DNA of 32,000 nt from Fidelibacterota bacterium (GCA_004124385.1 SCKN01000001.1:246606-278605), one strand, 5' to 3'. Shown: positions 17,794 through 27,837, counted from the stretch's first letter. The notes: generated by a model from the letters alone, not told the origin. Numbers and translations are program-made.

Positions 17794-19039
17794 ATTGTAT
17801 GAATAGTTTTGGAAATAATGAGTCATGATTAGATGAATAAAAATGTACTTCAGTTTGCAGATTATTATTTATGTTGGCATAAAGCTTTAAACCAAGATTA
17901 TCAATGTTTTCGAAATATTGATTCTGTAAAAAACTCTTTATATTAAATACAACTTTACCATTCAAAACAGATCCACTGGAAAAAAGAGAACTGTGAACAG
18001 AGTAATCATCTTCCTCTAACGATTCGAAACTTGATAATTCAAATGTATCTTTAAGTGCAACTGCCCAAATACTAAATGAAGAAATATTCGTATCAGGTAC
18101 AATATGCAATGTTAACTGAACTTTGTCAAAAGTTGTTTGTTTGGGTAATTGAAGAGTGTCTAAAAAATCTAACTTTATTAAACTACGTAATCCTTTTCCA
18201 CGTCCGATTGTTATATATGATGTATCCTCTTGAGTTAACGCAGGCGGAACCATAATGCTTAAATCTTGAGTCGTTAGAAATGATTTGAATAATGTATCAA
18301 TTGAAATGGCTTGTGAAGTGTCAGCAGAATCAGGATAAATAAATTGACGGAAATGCACTTCTAATTTTGCTGTCAGATCATTGGAATAATCATATTCTCT
18401 GCTGTAGAATGCAAACAATTCTTCATTCGGATTGTTTAATTTTAACATTAATGTATAATTTAATGATGTATCAGCAAATGTAGAATCCAACAAATTTTCT
18501 GCCGGAAATCTTATTCTATAAATCGTAGTTACAGTATCCACTTCAACACTTTCTTCTACCGCATTTGAAACAAATTCACCCATATCAATTTCAGAGTCTG
18601 TAAAATTTAAATAATGAGACTTCGTTTCACTAAATATTGAATCAAGTTCAATGAGAGGAAAATAATACATTGAAAAAGATGCAGGTGTTTCCAATGTATC
18701 TTTAGAAATACCTACTGTAAAAAATGCACTATCAATCGTAATTGTAGAATCAAGAAATGAAGATAACGTCCACAAACTAGATTCATAAGAAATAAATGAC
18801 GTTTTAAACAACAGGGCTTTATATAAATAATCTTCGTCATTACCTAAATGAAGCTTTGTCTTACTTCCTATGGAAGGAGGAACTTGATAAGTGACACCTT
18901 CAATATCAAATAACTCTCTTACTTCTAACTCTAAACCATCTTGGCTTAAATCAGCGTGTAAAGGGTCTTCCATGCAACCAGTAATGAATGCACTAACTAG
19001 ACCAATCCAAAGGATTTTGAGTATAACGGATGATTTCAT
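17780..19039 (-). CDS. lipoprotein resembling the DUF4270 family
   Basis: Preferred start MKSSVILKILWIGLVSAFITGCMEDP (lipobox) at 19039; the ORF-track start at 19105 overlaps the upstream gene. Beta-rich body with phrases such as LYKALLFKTSFISYESSLWTLSSFLDSTITIDSAFF and LKLYANINNNLQTEVHFYSSNHDSLFPKLFIQYV. Family call rests partly on position beside a short glycogen/starch-synthase-like gene. Confidence 0.5.
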   Translation of the reverse strand: MKSSVILKILWIGLVSAFITGCMEDPLHADLSQDGLELEVRELFDIEGVTYQVPPSIGSKTKLHLGNDEDYLYKALLFKTSFISYESSLWTLSSFLDSTITIDSAFFTVGISKDTLETPASFSMYYFPLIELDSIFSETKSHYLNFTDSEIDMGEFVSNAVEESVEVDTVTTIYRIRFPAENLLDSTFADTSLNYTLMLKLNNPNEELFAFYSREYDYSNDLTAKLEVHFRQFIYPDSADTSQAISIDTLFKSFLTTQDLSIMVPPALTQEDTSYITIGRGKGLRSLIKLDFLDTLQLPKQTTFDKVQLTLHIVPDTNISSFSIWAVALKDTFELSSFESLEEDDYSVHSSLFSSGSVLNGKVVFNIKSFLQNQYFENIDNLGLKLYANINNNLQTEVHFYSSNHDSLFPKLFIQYVAP

Positions 19040-19061
19040 AGAAGGGATTATATACGTAAGA

Positions 19062-19889
19062 TTAACCGATAAGTTTCTCAAGGACTTTATCAAGTTTGTT
19101 TGCAACAGGTTGATAATCCAACATATCTCCTTCAGGAACTTTAACAGTAACTAATTTTTTCTTATTGGCTTTTACAGCAGGAAGCTTAAGTAATTTTTCA
19201 GTAATATTATTAGATGGCGATTCTAAAGCAATAATCATATCAGCAGAATCAGCAGCAGCTTCATATGCATTCACAAATCCTTTTTTCATCGCAGATGGAA
19301 TTTTTAATCCTGATTTTTCAAAAGCAGTCTGTCCAAAACGTGTGTATTCATCATCCATATTATGTACTAAAAGAGCTGTTTTAATGTTTTCATAAAAGTC
19401 CTTGCTTGCATATTCTTCTTTATAAATAGCCGGCAGTAAAGAAGATTGCCATCCGTTACATAAGAAAATGTCCGGTTTCCAAAATAAATGCGGTAGTGTG
19501 GCTAAAGTAGCTTTACAAAAAACTGCAAATCGTTCATCATTGTTAGAAAGAATACGTCCGTTTTTTGATTTATAGACAAGATTTGTTTGAGGTTTAAACC
19601 ATTCATTATCTTCAACAAAATAAATTTGTACACGTGTTTTTGGAATAAATGCACTTTTCGCTGATAGTATTTTTTCCTCACCATCGAATTGAAAAGGTAT
19701 CTCCCTAAGTCTGATTACCTCTCTTAAAATGTATTTGCGTTCACTTACATATCCATACTTTGGAATAATGGTACGTATATCGTGGCCTTTATCTTGTAAA
19801 AGTAAAGGAACTCTAGTAGAAAAAGAAGCCAGACTTGATGTATTTGCGAATGGAATAATTTCCGTTGTCATGTAGAAAAGTTTACTCAT
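19062..19889 (-). CDS. stand-alone N-terminal (GT5) glycogen/starch synthase-like domain protein
   Basis: MSKLFYMTTEIIPFANTSSLASFSTRVPLLLQDKGHDIRTIIPKYG; NDERFAVFCKATLATLPHLFWKPDIFLCNGWQSSLLPAIYK; KTALLVHNMDDEYTRFG. Ends at 275 aa with no GT1 C-terminal half. Confidence 0.75.
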   Translation of the reverse strand: MSKLFYMTTEIIPFANTSSLASFSTRVPLLLQDKGHDIRTIIPKYGYVSERKYILREVIRLREIPFQFDGEEKILSAKSAFIPKTRVQIYFVEDNEWFKPQTNLVYKSKNGRILSNNDERFAVFCKATLATLPHLFWKPDIFLCNGWQSSLLPAIYKEEYASKDFYENIKTALLVHNMDDEYTRFGQTAFEKSGLKIPSAMKKGFVNAYEAAADSADMIIALESPSNNITEKLLKLPAVKANKKKLVTVKVPEGDMLDYQPVANKLDKVLEKLIG

Positions 19890-19906
19890 AATTAATATTT
19901 TTTTCT

Positions 19907-20719
19907 TTATTTGATGGTTAATTGTTTAAGGACTTCTTTTGATCTATCATAAAATTCACTTCCTGGGAAATAGTCAACTAATCGTTGAAATTCTTCTCGA
20001 GATTTTTCCAAATTGCCCATGCTTTGATAGGCTAGGCCCAGCTTTAGTTGAGCATCATCATCTTTATCTGTTCCAGAAAATGTGAATACTTTTTCAAATT
20101 CTATAATAGCACGTTTATAATTTTTTTGAGAGTAATAACATTCCGCCAACCAATACTGACTATTATCAGCAAGGTTATTTTGTGGATCACTTACAACAAG
20201 TTTGGAAAACCCTTTAATGGACAACCCATACATTCCGTTTTGAAAATTACTCAAGCTTTCGATGTAGAGTCTTTTATATTCAGTAGGATTAATACTTGAG
20301 CTTGGCGAAGCTGGAGTTTGGTCATTTCGGACTTTATATAATTCCGTAAAGCTATTAGCCAGTGTAATTATTTTATTTTCTATCATGATTAATTGAGCTA
20401 AAACTTCAAAATTTGTACTATCAGAATACGCAGCCTTATCTTCCAATAATCTAATTTTATTTTGAATCATATTTATTCGGTTGATAATGAGTATTGAGAC
20501 TGAATCTGTTTGTTCTTTTGCAGCGACTGTTGCCTTTAGTGTTCTTTGCAATTCAGGCAGCAAAATGATTAGCTTTGTTTCCAATTCGTCAATACGATTA
20601 TTTTGTTGAATTATTTTATCGCTTAATCTTTTCAACTGCTTTGTATTTGATTGAGCAGATAGATTTCCAGCAAATAATGCAATAAAACAGAGGATGGCAA
20701 TTTTACGTGGTTGATTCAC
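19907..20719 (-). CDS. exported coiled-coil + TPR protein (CpoB/YbgF-like)
   Basis: Signal peptide; N-terminal coiled coil (LKRLSDKIIQQNNRIDELETKLIILLPEL); C-terminal repeats DNLADNSQYWLAECYYSQKNYKRAIIEFEKVFTFSGTDKDDDAQLKLGLAYQSMGNLEKSREEFQRLVDYFPGSEF. Confidence 0.65.
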   Translation of the reverse strand: MNQPRKIAILCFIALFAGNLSAQSNTKQLKRLSDKIIQQNNRIDELETKLIILLPELQRTLKATVAAKEQTDSVSILIINRINMIQNKIRLLEDKAAYSDSTNFEVLAQLIMIENKIITLANSFTELYKVRNDQTPASPSSSINPTEYKRLYIESLSNFQNGMYGLSIKGFSKLVVSDPQNNLADNSQYWLAECYYSQKNYKRAIIEFEKVFTFSGTDKDDDAQLKLGLAYQSMGNLEKSREEFQRLVDYFPGSEFYDRSKEVLKQLTIK

Positions 20720-20794
20720 TATTTATTTTCTTTTATTATGCAAAATGATAGGCGCGGAATTTACCGACGAATCTTTACATGTACATCGAACTAT

Positions 20795-22027
20795 TTAATA
20801 ATCTTTTGGATCAATACTTACATTCATAATAATCGCTGTCATAATATAACTAGACAGTAAAAACGACCCGCCATATGATACAAAAGGCAGTGGCAAACCT
20901 TTTACGGGAATCATTCCAACCGTCATAGCAAAATTCACAAATACATGAGCAGTAATTATAGTACTTAAACCAACTAAAACAAGACTGGAAAATCGATCGT
21001 CAATTATAAAAGCCAAACGTATTGTACGAAGAATAAAATATGAAAACAATATGAGTAAAATTATAATTGCAATAAAACCGAACTCTTCCCCAACGACAGA
21101 AATAATGAAGTCTGATTCTTGCACTGGTAAAAATTTTAAATGTGTCTGTGTCCCTTGCCCCCAACCTTTCCCAAACAATCCTCCAGCTCCAATAGCTGTT
21201 TTACTCTGAATGATTTGATATGCAGCACCTAGGGGATCTATTTCTGGATTAAATAAAGTTAAGATCCGCTTTTGTTGATACCCTTGAAGTAATCCCCATA
21301 AAACTGGAGATAGCAATCCTAAAAATATATTTCCAAAAAATGTGGATACGCTAAAAATTAAATTTGGTTTTGCTTTAAAAATGACAAACATCATTATAAA
21401 AGCCCAAATTGCAAAAGACAGCCAATGAAAAGCAGTTAGTATACTAATCAATGGTGCTACAATTAGAAAAAGATGAAAAGGTCTTGCCCCAATCCAATAA
21501 AGCATTGGCAATACCGGAATCATAATGATAATAGCCGATCCTAAATCAGGTTGATTCAAAATTATACCTGCAGGAATCAGGACAATGATAATAGGAAGTA
21601 AAGATGCTGTAAAGTGATTCATTTCCAAATTATGATCAGATAAATAACGGGCTAACGCTATTACCACAATCCACTTCGCAAATTCAGATGGTTGAAAACC
21701 AAAAGGTAAACCAATATCAATCCAACGATATGTTGAAGCAATTTGGTCGCCCAAAAAAGGAATTAATATCAAAATGATCATACATCCATAGACGCCATAG
21801 ATATAGCGATGAATTGTATGCCTTGGAATAAAAAACGCTACTAAAAATGCAAAAAATGCTGGGATTAAAAATAAGAGTTGTTTATAAAATGATTGCTGAA
21901 AATAATTACTTTCCAGACCAGAACTAATGCTTTTTAATATTATCAATCCAGCGCATGTAAGTAATAATGCAATTGTTAAGATGCTTATTGTTGATTCTTT
22001 AAATTTTAAAAAAAATAATTGAATCAT
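20795..22027 (-). CDS. rodA: rod shape-determining protein RodA (SEDS glycosyltransferase)
   Basis: STYRWIDIGLPFGFQPSEFAKW, LNQPDLGSAIIIM, GKGWGQGTQTHLKFLPVQESDFIISVVGEEFGF, GMIPVKGLPLPFVSYGGS; adjacent to mrdA. Confidence 0.95.
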   Translation of the reverse strand: MIQLFFLKFKESTISILTIALLLTCAGLIILKSISSGLESNYFQQSFYKQLLFLIPAFFAFLVAFFIPRHTIHRYIYGVYGCMIILILIPFLGDQIASTYRWIDIGLPFGFQPSEFAKWIVVIALARYLSDHNLEMNHFTASLLPIIIVLIPAGIILNQPDLGSAIIIMIPVLPMLYWIGARPFHLFLIVAPLISILTAFHWLSFAIWAFIMMFVIFKAKPNLIFSVSTFFGNIFLGLLSPVLWGLLQGYQQKRILTLFNPEIDPLGAAYQIIQSKTAIGAGGLFGKGWGQGTQTHLKFLPVQESDFIISVVGEEFGFIAIIILLILFSYFILRTIRLAFIIDDRFSSLVLVGLSTIITAHVFVNFAMTVGMIPVKGLPLPFVSYGGSFLLSSYIMTAIIMNVSIDPKDY

Positions 22028-23799
22028 GATGTAAATGCTAATTTCATATTTTCTTTAGTTGAAAAAAGGAATTTAAAAACACGACCGGCAATAGGTGCAG
22101 CTGCTTCACCTCCATGCCCCCCATTCTCAATTAAAACAATCACAGATACTAATTCATTATTCTTTTCCCCGTACCCAACAAACCAGGCGTGTGGTTCGCC
22201 GTGTGGATTTTGTGCAGTACCGGTTTTTCCCGCTATAGTCAATCCGGTAATATTAGGATTGGCTCGCTTTCCTGTACCATGAACAGATGTAATAACATTT
22301 TGCATAAATTTTTCCATGCGGTTCCATGTTTTTTGTGAATAATAATTTATAGATTTTTCTTTGGTTATAGCGCCTTCTACTACATGAAGTCTTGGAGCTT
22401 TGCCCTTCATTGCAAGAATATTAATGTATTGAACCATTTGCAAGGGAGTAACCACAAGTTCGCCCTGACCCAATGAAAGATTTAATAAATGGCCTTTTGA
22501 CCAGCCCCACCTACCATATAGTTTATTCATATACGATGAATTCGGGACTATTCCTTTTGCTTCAGAAGACAAATCAATTCCTGTGAGTTCTCCAAAAGCA
22601 AATGTTTTACATGCTACTGCCCATTCATCTAATGTTAATCTCTGTACTATCGTATAAAAATATATATTACATGATTGGGCAACTGCTTGCTCTAAATTCA
22701 TACTGCCATGCCCTCCTTCCTTCCAGCAGCGAAATTGTCTATTCCCCAATTCATAAACGCCGTTACAGTTGATTAATTCTGAATAGTTAATTTTTCCCTT
22801 TTCCATCAAAGCCATTGCTGTAATCATCTTCAATGTTGAACCGGGAGGATATAATCCATGAGTCATTCTGTTTAATAGTGGTTTCCCTGTATTGCTTATA
22901 ATATTCTGCCATTCTTCAATGGTTGTAGTCCCTGTAAATAAGTCAGGTGAATAATCTGGTTTGCTCACCATTGCCAACATCGCACCTGTTTTAGGCGAAG
23001 AGACAAGAACTACACCTTGTTTACCTTCGAGTAATTCTTCTAACATCTTTTGTAAAGGAATTAATAAGGATGTTTGCAAATCGTTTCCCGGGACTGGAAT
23101 TACTTTTTGGTAATCTATTGAATGACCCATTTCACGTCCAAACGCGTCAACATCTACAAATAATACTCCTTTTTCGCCACGTAAATGCTTTTCATATTTT
23201 TTTTCCAACCCTCTCCATCCAATTAAATCACCATAAAGATAATTACCTTCTACATCTAAATTCTTTAATAAAGTTTGATCCACTTCTTTCACATAACCAA
23301 GTAAATGGGATGCGTTTATTTTACCTGAATAATAGCGTTCAGGAAATTGGCTGTAATTTATTCCAGTCAATTCCGATTTGTGTTCTTCTATTCGGCTTAA
23401 TTGATCAAATGTTAAATCTTTTGCAATTCTCGATGGTAAAAATCTACCGCGATAATATTTTTTATAATTACTCTCAAGTATAGTACTATCTATACCAGTG
23501 CATTGACTTATAATCTGGAAATTTTTACTCTTATTTACCATTTCACCGGGGATTACTGTTAATATATAGGTAGGATAATTATCCACAATAATTTCTCCAT
23601 TGCGGTCTAATATTAATCCCCTAGGGGCGTTCAATGGAATTGCACGGATGCGATTTACTTCAGCTTTTTGCTTATATTTTTCATAAAAATATACTTGCAA
23701 ATAAAAAAACCTTATTACCAATGAGAGCATGAGCATTATTACAACGCCGCTTACTACTAAAAGTCGTTTTTGAGGAATAAGGTTAGCTACTTTCAGCAT
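22024..23799 (-). CDS. mrdA: penicillin-binding protein 2 (transpeptidase)
   Basis: PRGLILDRNGEIIVDNYPTY; catalytic STLK in GLYPPGSTLKMITAMALM; SCN (AVAQSCNIYFY); KTGTAQN. Confidence 0.95.
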   Translation of the reverse strand: MLKVANLIPQKRLLVVSGVVIMLMLSLVIRFFYLQVYFYEKYKQKAEVNRIRAIPLNAPRGLILDRNGEIIVDNYPTYILTVIPGEMVNKSKNFQIISQCTGIDSTILESNYKKYYRGRFLPSRIAKDLTFDQLSRIEEHKSELTGINYSQFPERYYSGKINASHLLGYVKEVDQTLLKNLDVEGNYLYGDLIGWRGLEKKYEKHLRGEKGVLFVDVDAFGREMGHSIDYQKVIPVPGNDLQTSLLIPLQKMLEELLEGKQGVVLVSSPKTGAMLAMVSKPDYSPDLFTGTTTIEEWQNIISNTGKPLLNRMTHGLYPPGSTLKMITAMALMEKGKINYSELINCNGVYELGNRQFRCWKEGGHGSMNLEQAVAQSCNIYFYTIVQRLTLDEWAVACKTFAFGELTGIDLSSEAKGIVPNSSYMNKLYGRWGWSKGHLLNLSLGQGELVVTPLQMVQYINILAMKGKAPRLHVVEGAITKEKSINYYSQKTWNRMEKFMQNVITSVHGTGKRANPNITGLTIAGKTGTAQNPHGEPHAWFVGYGEKNNELVSVIVLIENGGHGGEAAAPIAGRVFKFLFSTKENMKLAFTS

Positions 23800-24274
23800 G
23801 AGAATAAATTTTAAACGGAAAAATTAGTTGGAGCACAAGAATGAAACCCATTGTATATCCCATAGTCAATACCCACTTTATCGTGAATTGAATAAGATTA
23901 GTTTCATATAAATATTGATACCGAACAAAGCAGTATACTAAAAATTGAAATAAAATAATACTAACCCATGACAAATGAAAATAGAGAGGAATAAGACGAT
24001 TATATTGATTCTTTAGATAACCAGCTAAATATCCACTGAATGAGTATGTTAATGATGAAAGCCCAAAATATGAACTGACACCTGCTAAATCAGTTAGTAA
24101 TCCAAGCGTAAACCCTGCAATAACTCCATAAAATCGACCAAATTTTATAGCTGTATACAAAACAAAGATAGTCATGAAGTCCGGACGTATCATATTGATT
24201 GACATAAATTCTGACAAAAAGAATTGTAAGAAAAAAACGCCAAACATTGTTAAAAGAAAATTACTCCAAAGCAT
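23783..24274 (-). CDS. mreD: rod shape-determining protein MreD
   Basis: Small (163 aa) multi-TM protein: RPDFMTIFVLYTAIKFGRFYGVIAGFTLGLLTDLAGVSSYFGLSSLTYSFSGYLAGYL; located between mreC and mrdA. Confidence 0.85.
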   Translation of the reverse strand: MLWSNFLLTMFGVFFLQFFLSEFMSINMIRPDFMTIFVLYTAIKFGRFYGVIAGFTLGLLTDLAGVSSYFGLSSLTYSFSGYLAGYLKNQYNRLIPLYFHLSWVSIILFQFLVYCFVRYQYLYETNLIQFTIKWVLTMGYTMGFILVLQLIFPFKIYSHAESS

Positions 24275-25061
24275 CTTTTTGTTCCGTTATTACAAAAACA
24301 TTAATTAAAGAACCAAGGTTCTCAGCTATGCGTACAGTAATAATTTTTTGAAAGCTACCTCTCTCCTCTCTTATTCCTGCCACAATACCAACAGGCAGAT
24401 TCTTTGGATAGATGTCACTGAATCCAGATGTTAGAACTCGATCACCAATTTTGATTTCTGAATTTTTCTGAACTTCACGAATTTCACACAAATCACCATA
24501 GACCCAGCGCAAAATCCCCCTTGCACCAGAAGGCAACACTTGAACACTCAAACGAAAATTTACATCACTTATTACCTGTACAATTGAACTATATTTTCCT
24601 ACTGCTACTGTTTTTCCGATAACACTATTTGGAGTCAATACCGATGAATAAAGCCCAACGCCTTGATTTGAACCAACATCGATGGTTATCGTATTCAAAT
24701 TTGACGTAAGACCTTTATTAATTACCTTTGCCGGTAATAGTGTTAATTGACTTTCACGTTTATATTTCAGAAGATTTTTTAACTGCTCATTCTCCGCAAC
24801 AAGATTAAGCATTGATTCAATCTGTAGTTTTAATTGAATATTTTTTTCACGAAGGACAGCTGCTTCGACTTCCACAACTGCCATAGAGCGTAACCTAGCC
24901 ACAGGTTTATATAAAAAAGAAAATATATCATTCGCCTTACCTTGAAGGATGACAATATCTTGAGTATTATTGGAAAGAATTAATGAGAATGATATGAGTA
25001 CTGCGAGAAAAAAGGCAACATGATCACGTTGCCGGATTAAGGCGAGGTAAATATTTCTCAT
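24261..25061 (-). CDS. mreC: rod shape-determining protein MreC
   Basis: Single N-terminal TM, coiled coil, LLPAKVINKGLTSNLNTITIDVGSNQGVGLYSSVLTPNSVIGKTVAVGKYSSIVQVISDVNFRLSVQV; directly downstream of mreB. Confidence 0.93.
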   Translation of the reverse strand: MRNIYLALIRQRDHVAFFLAVLISFSLILSNNTQDIVILQGKANDIFSFLYKPVARLRSMAVVEVEAAVLREKNIQLKLQIESMLNLVAENEQLKNLLKYKRESQLTLLPAKVINKGLTSNLNTITIDVGSNQGVGLYSSVLTPNSVIGKTVAVGKYSSIVQVISDVNFRLSVQVLPSGARGILRWVYGDLCEIREVQKNSEIKIGDRVLTSGFSDIYPKNLPVGIVAGIREERGSFQKIITVRIAENLGSLINVFVITEQKDALE

Positions 25062-25067
25062 TACATA

Positions 25068-26096
25068 TTAAATCAACACCGGCTCATATTTACGGATATT
25101 ATCCAACACCATTCCAGTTCCTTTTACTACTGATAATAAAGGATCTTCTGCGCAATTAACAGGGACATTCGTGCGCTCTCGGATTATTTGGTCAATACCT
25201 TTAAGCATACTTCCACCGCCGGTCATGATAATTCCTCTGTCTAAAATATCTGATGCCAATTCAGGCGGAGTACGCTCTAATGCTTTCTTAACAGCCTCGA
25301 CTATACTATTTACCGTTTCTTTTAAAGCTTGTCGAATTTCATCTGATGATATTTCTATTGTTTTTGGGATTCCACTAACTAAATCACGACCTTTTACTGA
25401 AATTGTTTCTGTTCGCATACGCATAGCTGAACCGACTGATATTTTTATAGCTTCACCCGTAGGAAGTCCAATGTCTAATTTATGTTCATTTCGAAACCAT
25501 TGAACAATTGCCTCATCCATCTCATCTCCGGCGATGCGAATTGTTTCTTTGGTCACTACTCCATTTAATGCGATTACAGCTATTTCTGTAGTACCACCAC
25601 CAATATCAACAATAATATTCCCGACCGGTTGGCTAATATCCAAACCTATACCAATGGCTGCTGCAACTGGTTCCTCAATTAAATAGACTTCCCTAGCGTT
25701 TGCTCTTTCCCCCGAATCTTTTACTGCACGACGTTCAACTTCCGTAACACCAGAGGGCACACATATAACCATTAATGGGCGAGCTAATCGATTAATATTA
25801 ATTTTTTTAATAAATCCTTGAAGCATTCCATCCGTCATATCAAAATCTGCTATAACACCATCCTGCAAAGGTCGAATAGTTTCAAGATCCCGGTGAGTTC
25901 GACCCATCATCGCTTTCGCTTCGTTGCCAACAGCAACAATTTTTCCATCATGTACAGAACGGGCAACTATTGAAGGTTCATTGATCATAACACCTTTACC
26001 TTTAACCCAAATTAATGTGTTGGCAGTGCCTAAATCAATGGCGATATCACCAGATATCCATGAAAATGAATTTGTGAGTGCGGAAAATATACCCAT
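25068..26096 (-). CDS. mreB: rod shape-determining protein MreB
   Basis: GDIAIDLGTANTLIWVKGKGVMINEPSIVA; VGNEAKAMMGRTHRDLETIRPLQDGVIADFDMTDGML; IVDIGGGTTEIAVIAL. Confidence 0.98.
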   Translation of the reverse strand: MGIFSALTNSFSWISGDIAIDLGTANTLIWVKGKGVMINEPSIVARSVHDGKIVAVGNEAKAMMGRTHRDLETIRPLQDGVIADFDMTDGMLQGFIKKININRLARPLMVICVPSGVTEVERRAVKDSGERANAREVYLIEEPVAAAIGIGLDISQPVGNIIVDIGGGTTEIAVIALNGVVTKETIRIAGDEMDEAIVQWFRNEHKLDIGLPTGEAIKISVGSAMRMRTETISVKGRDLVSGIPKTIEISSDEIRQALKETVNSIVEAVKKALERTPPELASDILDRGIIMTGGGSMLKGIDQIIRERTNVPVNCAEDPLLSVVKGTGMVLDNIRKYEPVLI

Positions 26097-26233
26097 TTAA
26101 TTAACGCTCGGATTATTTATTGATTCTAAATAGAATAACAAATTTAAACCATATATCATCGATTTTCCTTAAATATTATTGATTTAAATAAGTTAAATTA
26201 CAAATAGAATCATTTGTTTTCATTTAAGAAAAA

Positions 26234-27298
26234 TTAATCGATTTCAACACGACTTTGATCGCCTAATATAAAACGATGTGTGGCCGGTTTCGATTTGGTA
26301 CGTAACATGTGTACATCATTTCCCAATAAAGATGCTTCAATTCTGCGTGAAATATTTGAAATCTTACAATCATTCATTAAAATAGAATATTCAATTTCAC
26401 TATTTAAAATTGTACAGCCATTTCCAATTGCACTATATGGACCTATATAGGCATTATCGATTACTACATTATCGCCGATAATCGCTGGGCCTCGTACATT
26501 TGAATTTATAATCTTTGAATTTTTACCAAGGACAACTCTTCCGCTTACAATTGAAGATGAATCTATTGTTCCCATTCGATTATCTTTAATATTGTCAAGG
26601 ACCAATCGATTTGCTTCCAAAAGGTCTGATGGTTTTCCTGTGTCTTTCCACCAACCTGTAATTTCTGAAAAAGACACTATGTATCCTTTATCCAATAGAT
26701 ATTGATGAGCATCAGAAATTTCCAACTCACCTCTGGCTGATGGAGCAATATTATTTACAGCTTCAAAAATATGATTATCATATAAATAAATACCTGTTAC
26801 GGCTAAATTACTTTTTGGATTGTCAGGCTTTTCTTCAATTCCAATAATTCTTCCATCTTTTACATCTGCAACACCAAACCTATTTGGATCGGGGACTTTA
26901 CTTAAAACCAAGTGGCAATTAGATCTATTAGAACGAAAATCTTCAATAAATTTATTAACACCGCCTACAAGAATATTATCACCTAAATAGAAAATAAATG
27001 GCTCTTTTCCAATAAACGGTTCTGCTATTTTTACAACATGTCCTAATCCCAATGGAGCAGACTGCTCTATATATGTTATTTTTAAACCGAAGGACTCTCC
27101 ATTACCAAAAGCATCCGAAATAGAGGTATCCCCTGAATTGATTATAATCCCAGCTTCACTTATTCCGGCATTTTTTGAATATTCCAATGCATAAGCCAGC
27201 ATTTTTTTATTTGCTATGGGAATTAAATGTTTGTTCTGTGTATGTGTAATGGGTCGTAAACGAGTTCCATGCCCACCGGCTGTAATCAATGTTTTCAT
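26234..27298 (-). CDS. glucose-1-phosphate thymidylyltransferase-like nucleotidyltransferase, long form with C-terminal left-handed beta-helix
   Basis: MKTLITAGGHGTRLRPITHTQNKHLIPIANKKML; FIFYLGDNIL; GIEEKPDNPKS; C-terminal hexapeptide-like repeats (VVLGKNSKIINSNVRGPAIIGDNVVIDNAYIGPYSAIGNGCTI). Confidence 0.88.
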   Translation of the reverse strand: MKTLITAGGHGTRLRPITHTQNKHLIPIANKKMLAYALEYSKNAGISEAGIIINSGDTSISDAFGNGESFGLKITYIEQSAPLGLGHVVKIAEPFIGKEPFIFYLGDNILVGGVNKFIEDFRSNRSNCHLVLSKVPDPNRFGVADVKDGRIIGIEEKPDNPKSNLAVTGIYLYDNHIFEAVNNIAPSARGELEISDAHQYLLDKGYIVSFSEITGWWKDTGKPSDLLEANRLVLDNIKDNRMGTIDSSSIVSGRVVLGKNSKIINSNVRGPAIIGDNVVIDNAYIGPYSAIGNGCTILNSEIEYSILMNDCKISNISRRIEASLLGNDVHMLRTKSKPATHRFILGDQSRVEID

Positions 27299-27330
27299 TC
27301 GTATATTATCCTTAAACCAGTTACCAAATT

Positions 27331-27837
27331 TTATCGACCACTCATCATGCCGGCTTTGCTCAATTTATCTGCGACAGTGTTCTTATCCCGTAAAATATGT
27401 TTCAATGTCCATGAGTCAAAGTCATCTAATAAATCTGTGACTAAAGCGTGTAATGGAATCATATTTTCATGCTTAACCTTAAACTCACCATTCACTTGGT
27501 TTACAACTAATAAACTATCCGCATAGATACATATATTAGAAATGTTTAATTCTTTAGCCACTTGCAAACCACGTATTAAAGCATTGTATTCAGCTTCATT
27601 GTTAGTTGCGTCACCTAAAAATTCAGAAAATGAATCAATTTCATTACCATTTTGAAAAAAAACACCGCCGATTCCAGATGTTTTTGAATGAAGGTCTGCA
27701 GCGCCATCGATATAAAGCTCAACAAGATCATCAGATGAAAGTTTTCGATGCAATTCTTCTAATGTTTGGTTAGAGCGATTTTCAGCTGATGCTAATAAAA
27801 CCTTGATTGCAGATATTTCGTTTTGTTTTAGTTTCAT
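27331..27837 (-). CDS. ribonuclease H-like (RNase HI type) protein
   Basis: Acidic catalytic positions visible: YIDGAADLHSKTSGIGGVF, ATNNEAEYNALIRGLQVA, IYADSLLVVNQVNGEFKVK, RDKNTVADKLSKAGM. Confidence 0.85.
   Translation of the reverse strand: MKLKQNEISAIKVLLASAENRSNQTLEELHRKLSSDDLVELYIDGAADLHSKTSGIGGVFFQNGNEIDSFSEFLGDATNNEAEYNALIRGLQVAKELNISNICIYADSLLVVNQVNGEFKVKHENMIPLHALVTDLLDDFDSWTLKHILRDKNTVADKLSKAGMMSGR

Noticed and set aside
23070-23483. Plus-strand 137 aa ORF
   Set aside because: Lies entirely antisense within mrdA, with no recognisable motif and low-complexity His/Leu-rich composition typical of shadow ORFs.
25171-25503. Plus-strand 110 aa ORF
   Set aside because: Antisense to strongly conserved mreB sequence; its apparent content is a shadow of the MreB codons.
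27331-27837. Possible retroelement or DGR, since RNase H-like proteins are sometimes annotated 'reverse transcriptase-like'
   Set aside because: No reverse transcriptase YxDD-bearing ORF, variable repeat or template repeat was noticed nearby. The protein is a compact stand-alone RNase H fold.
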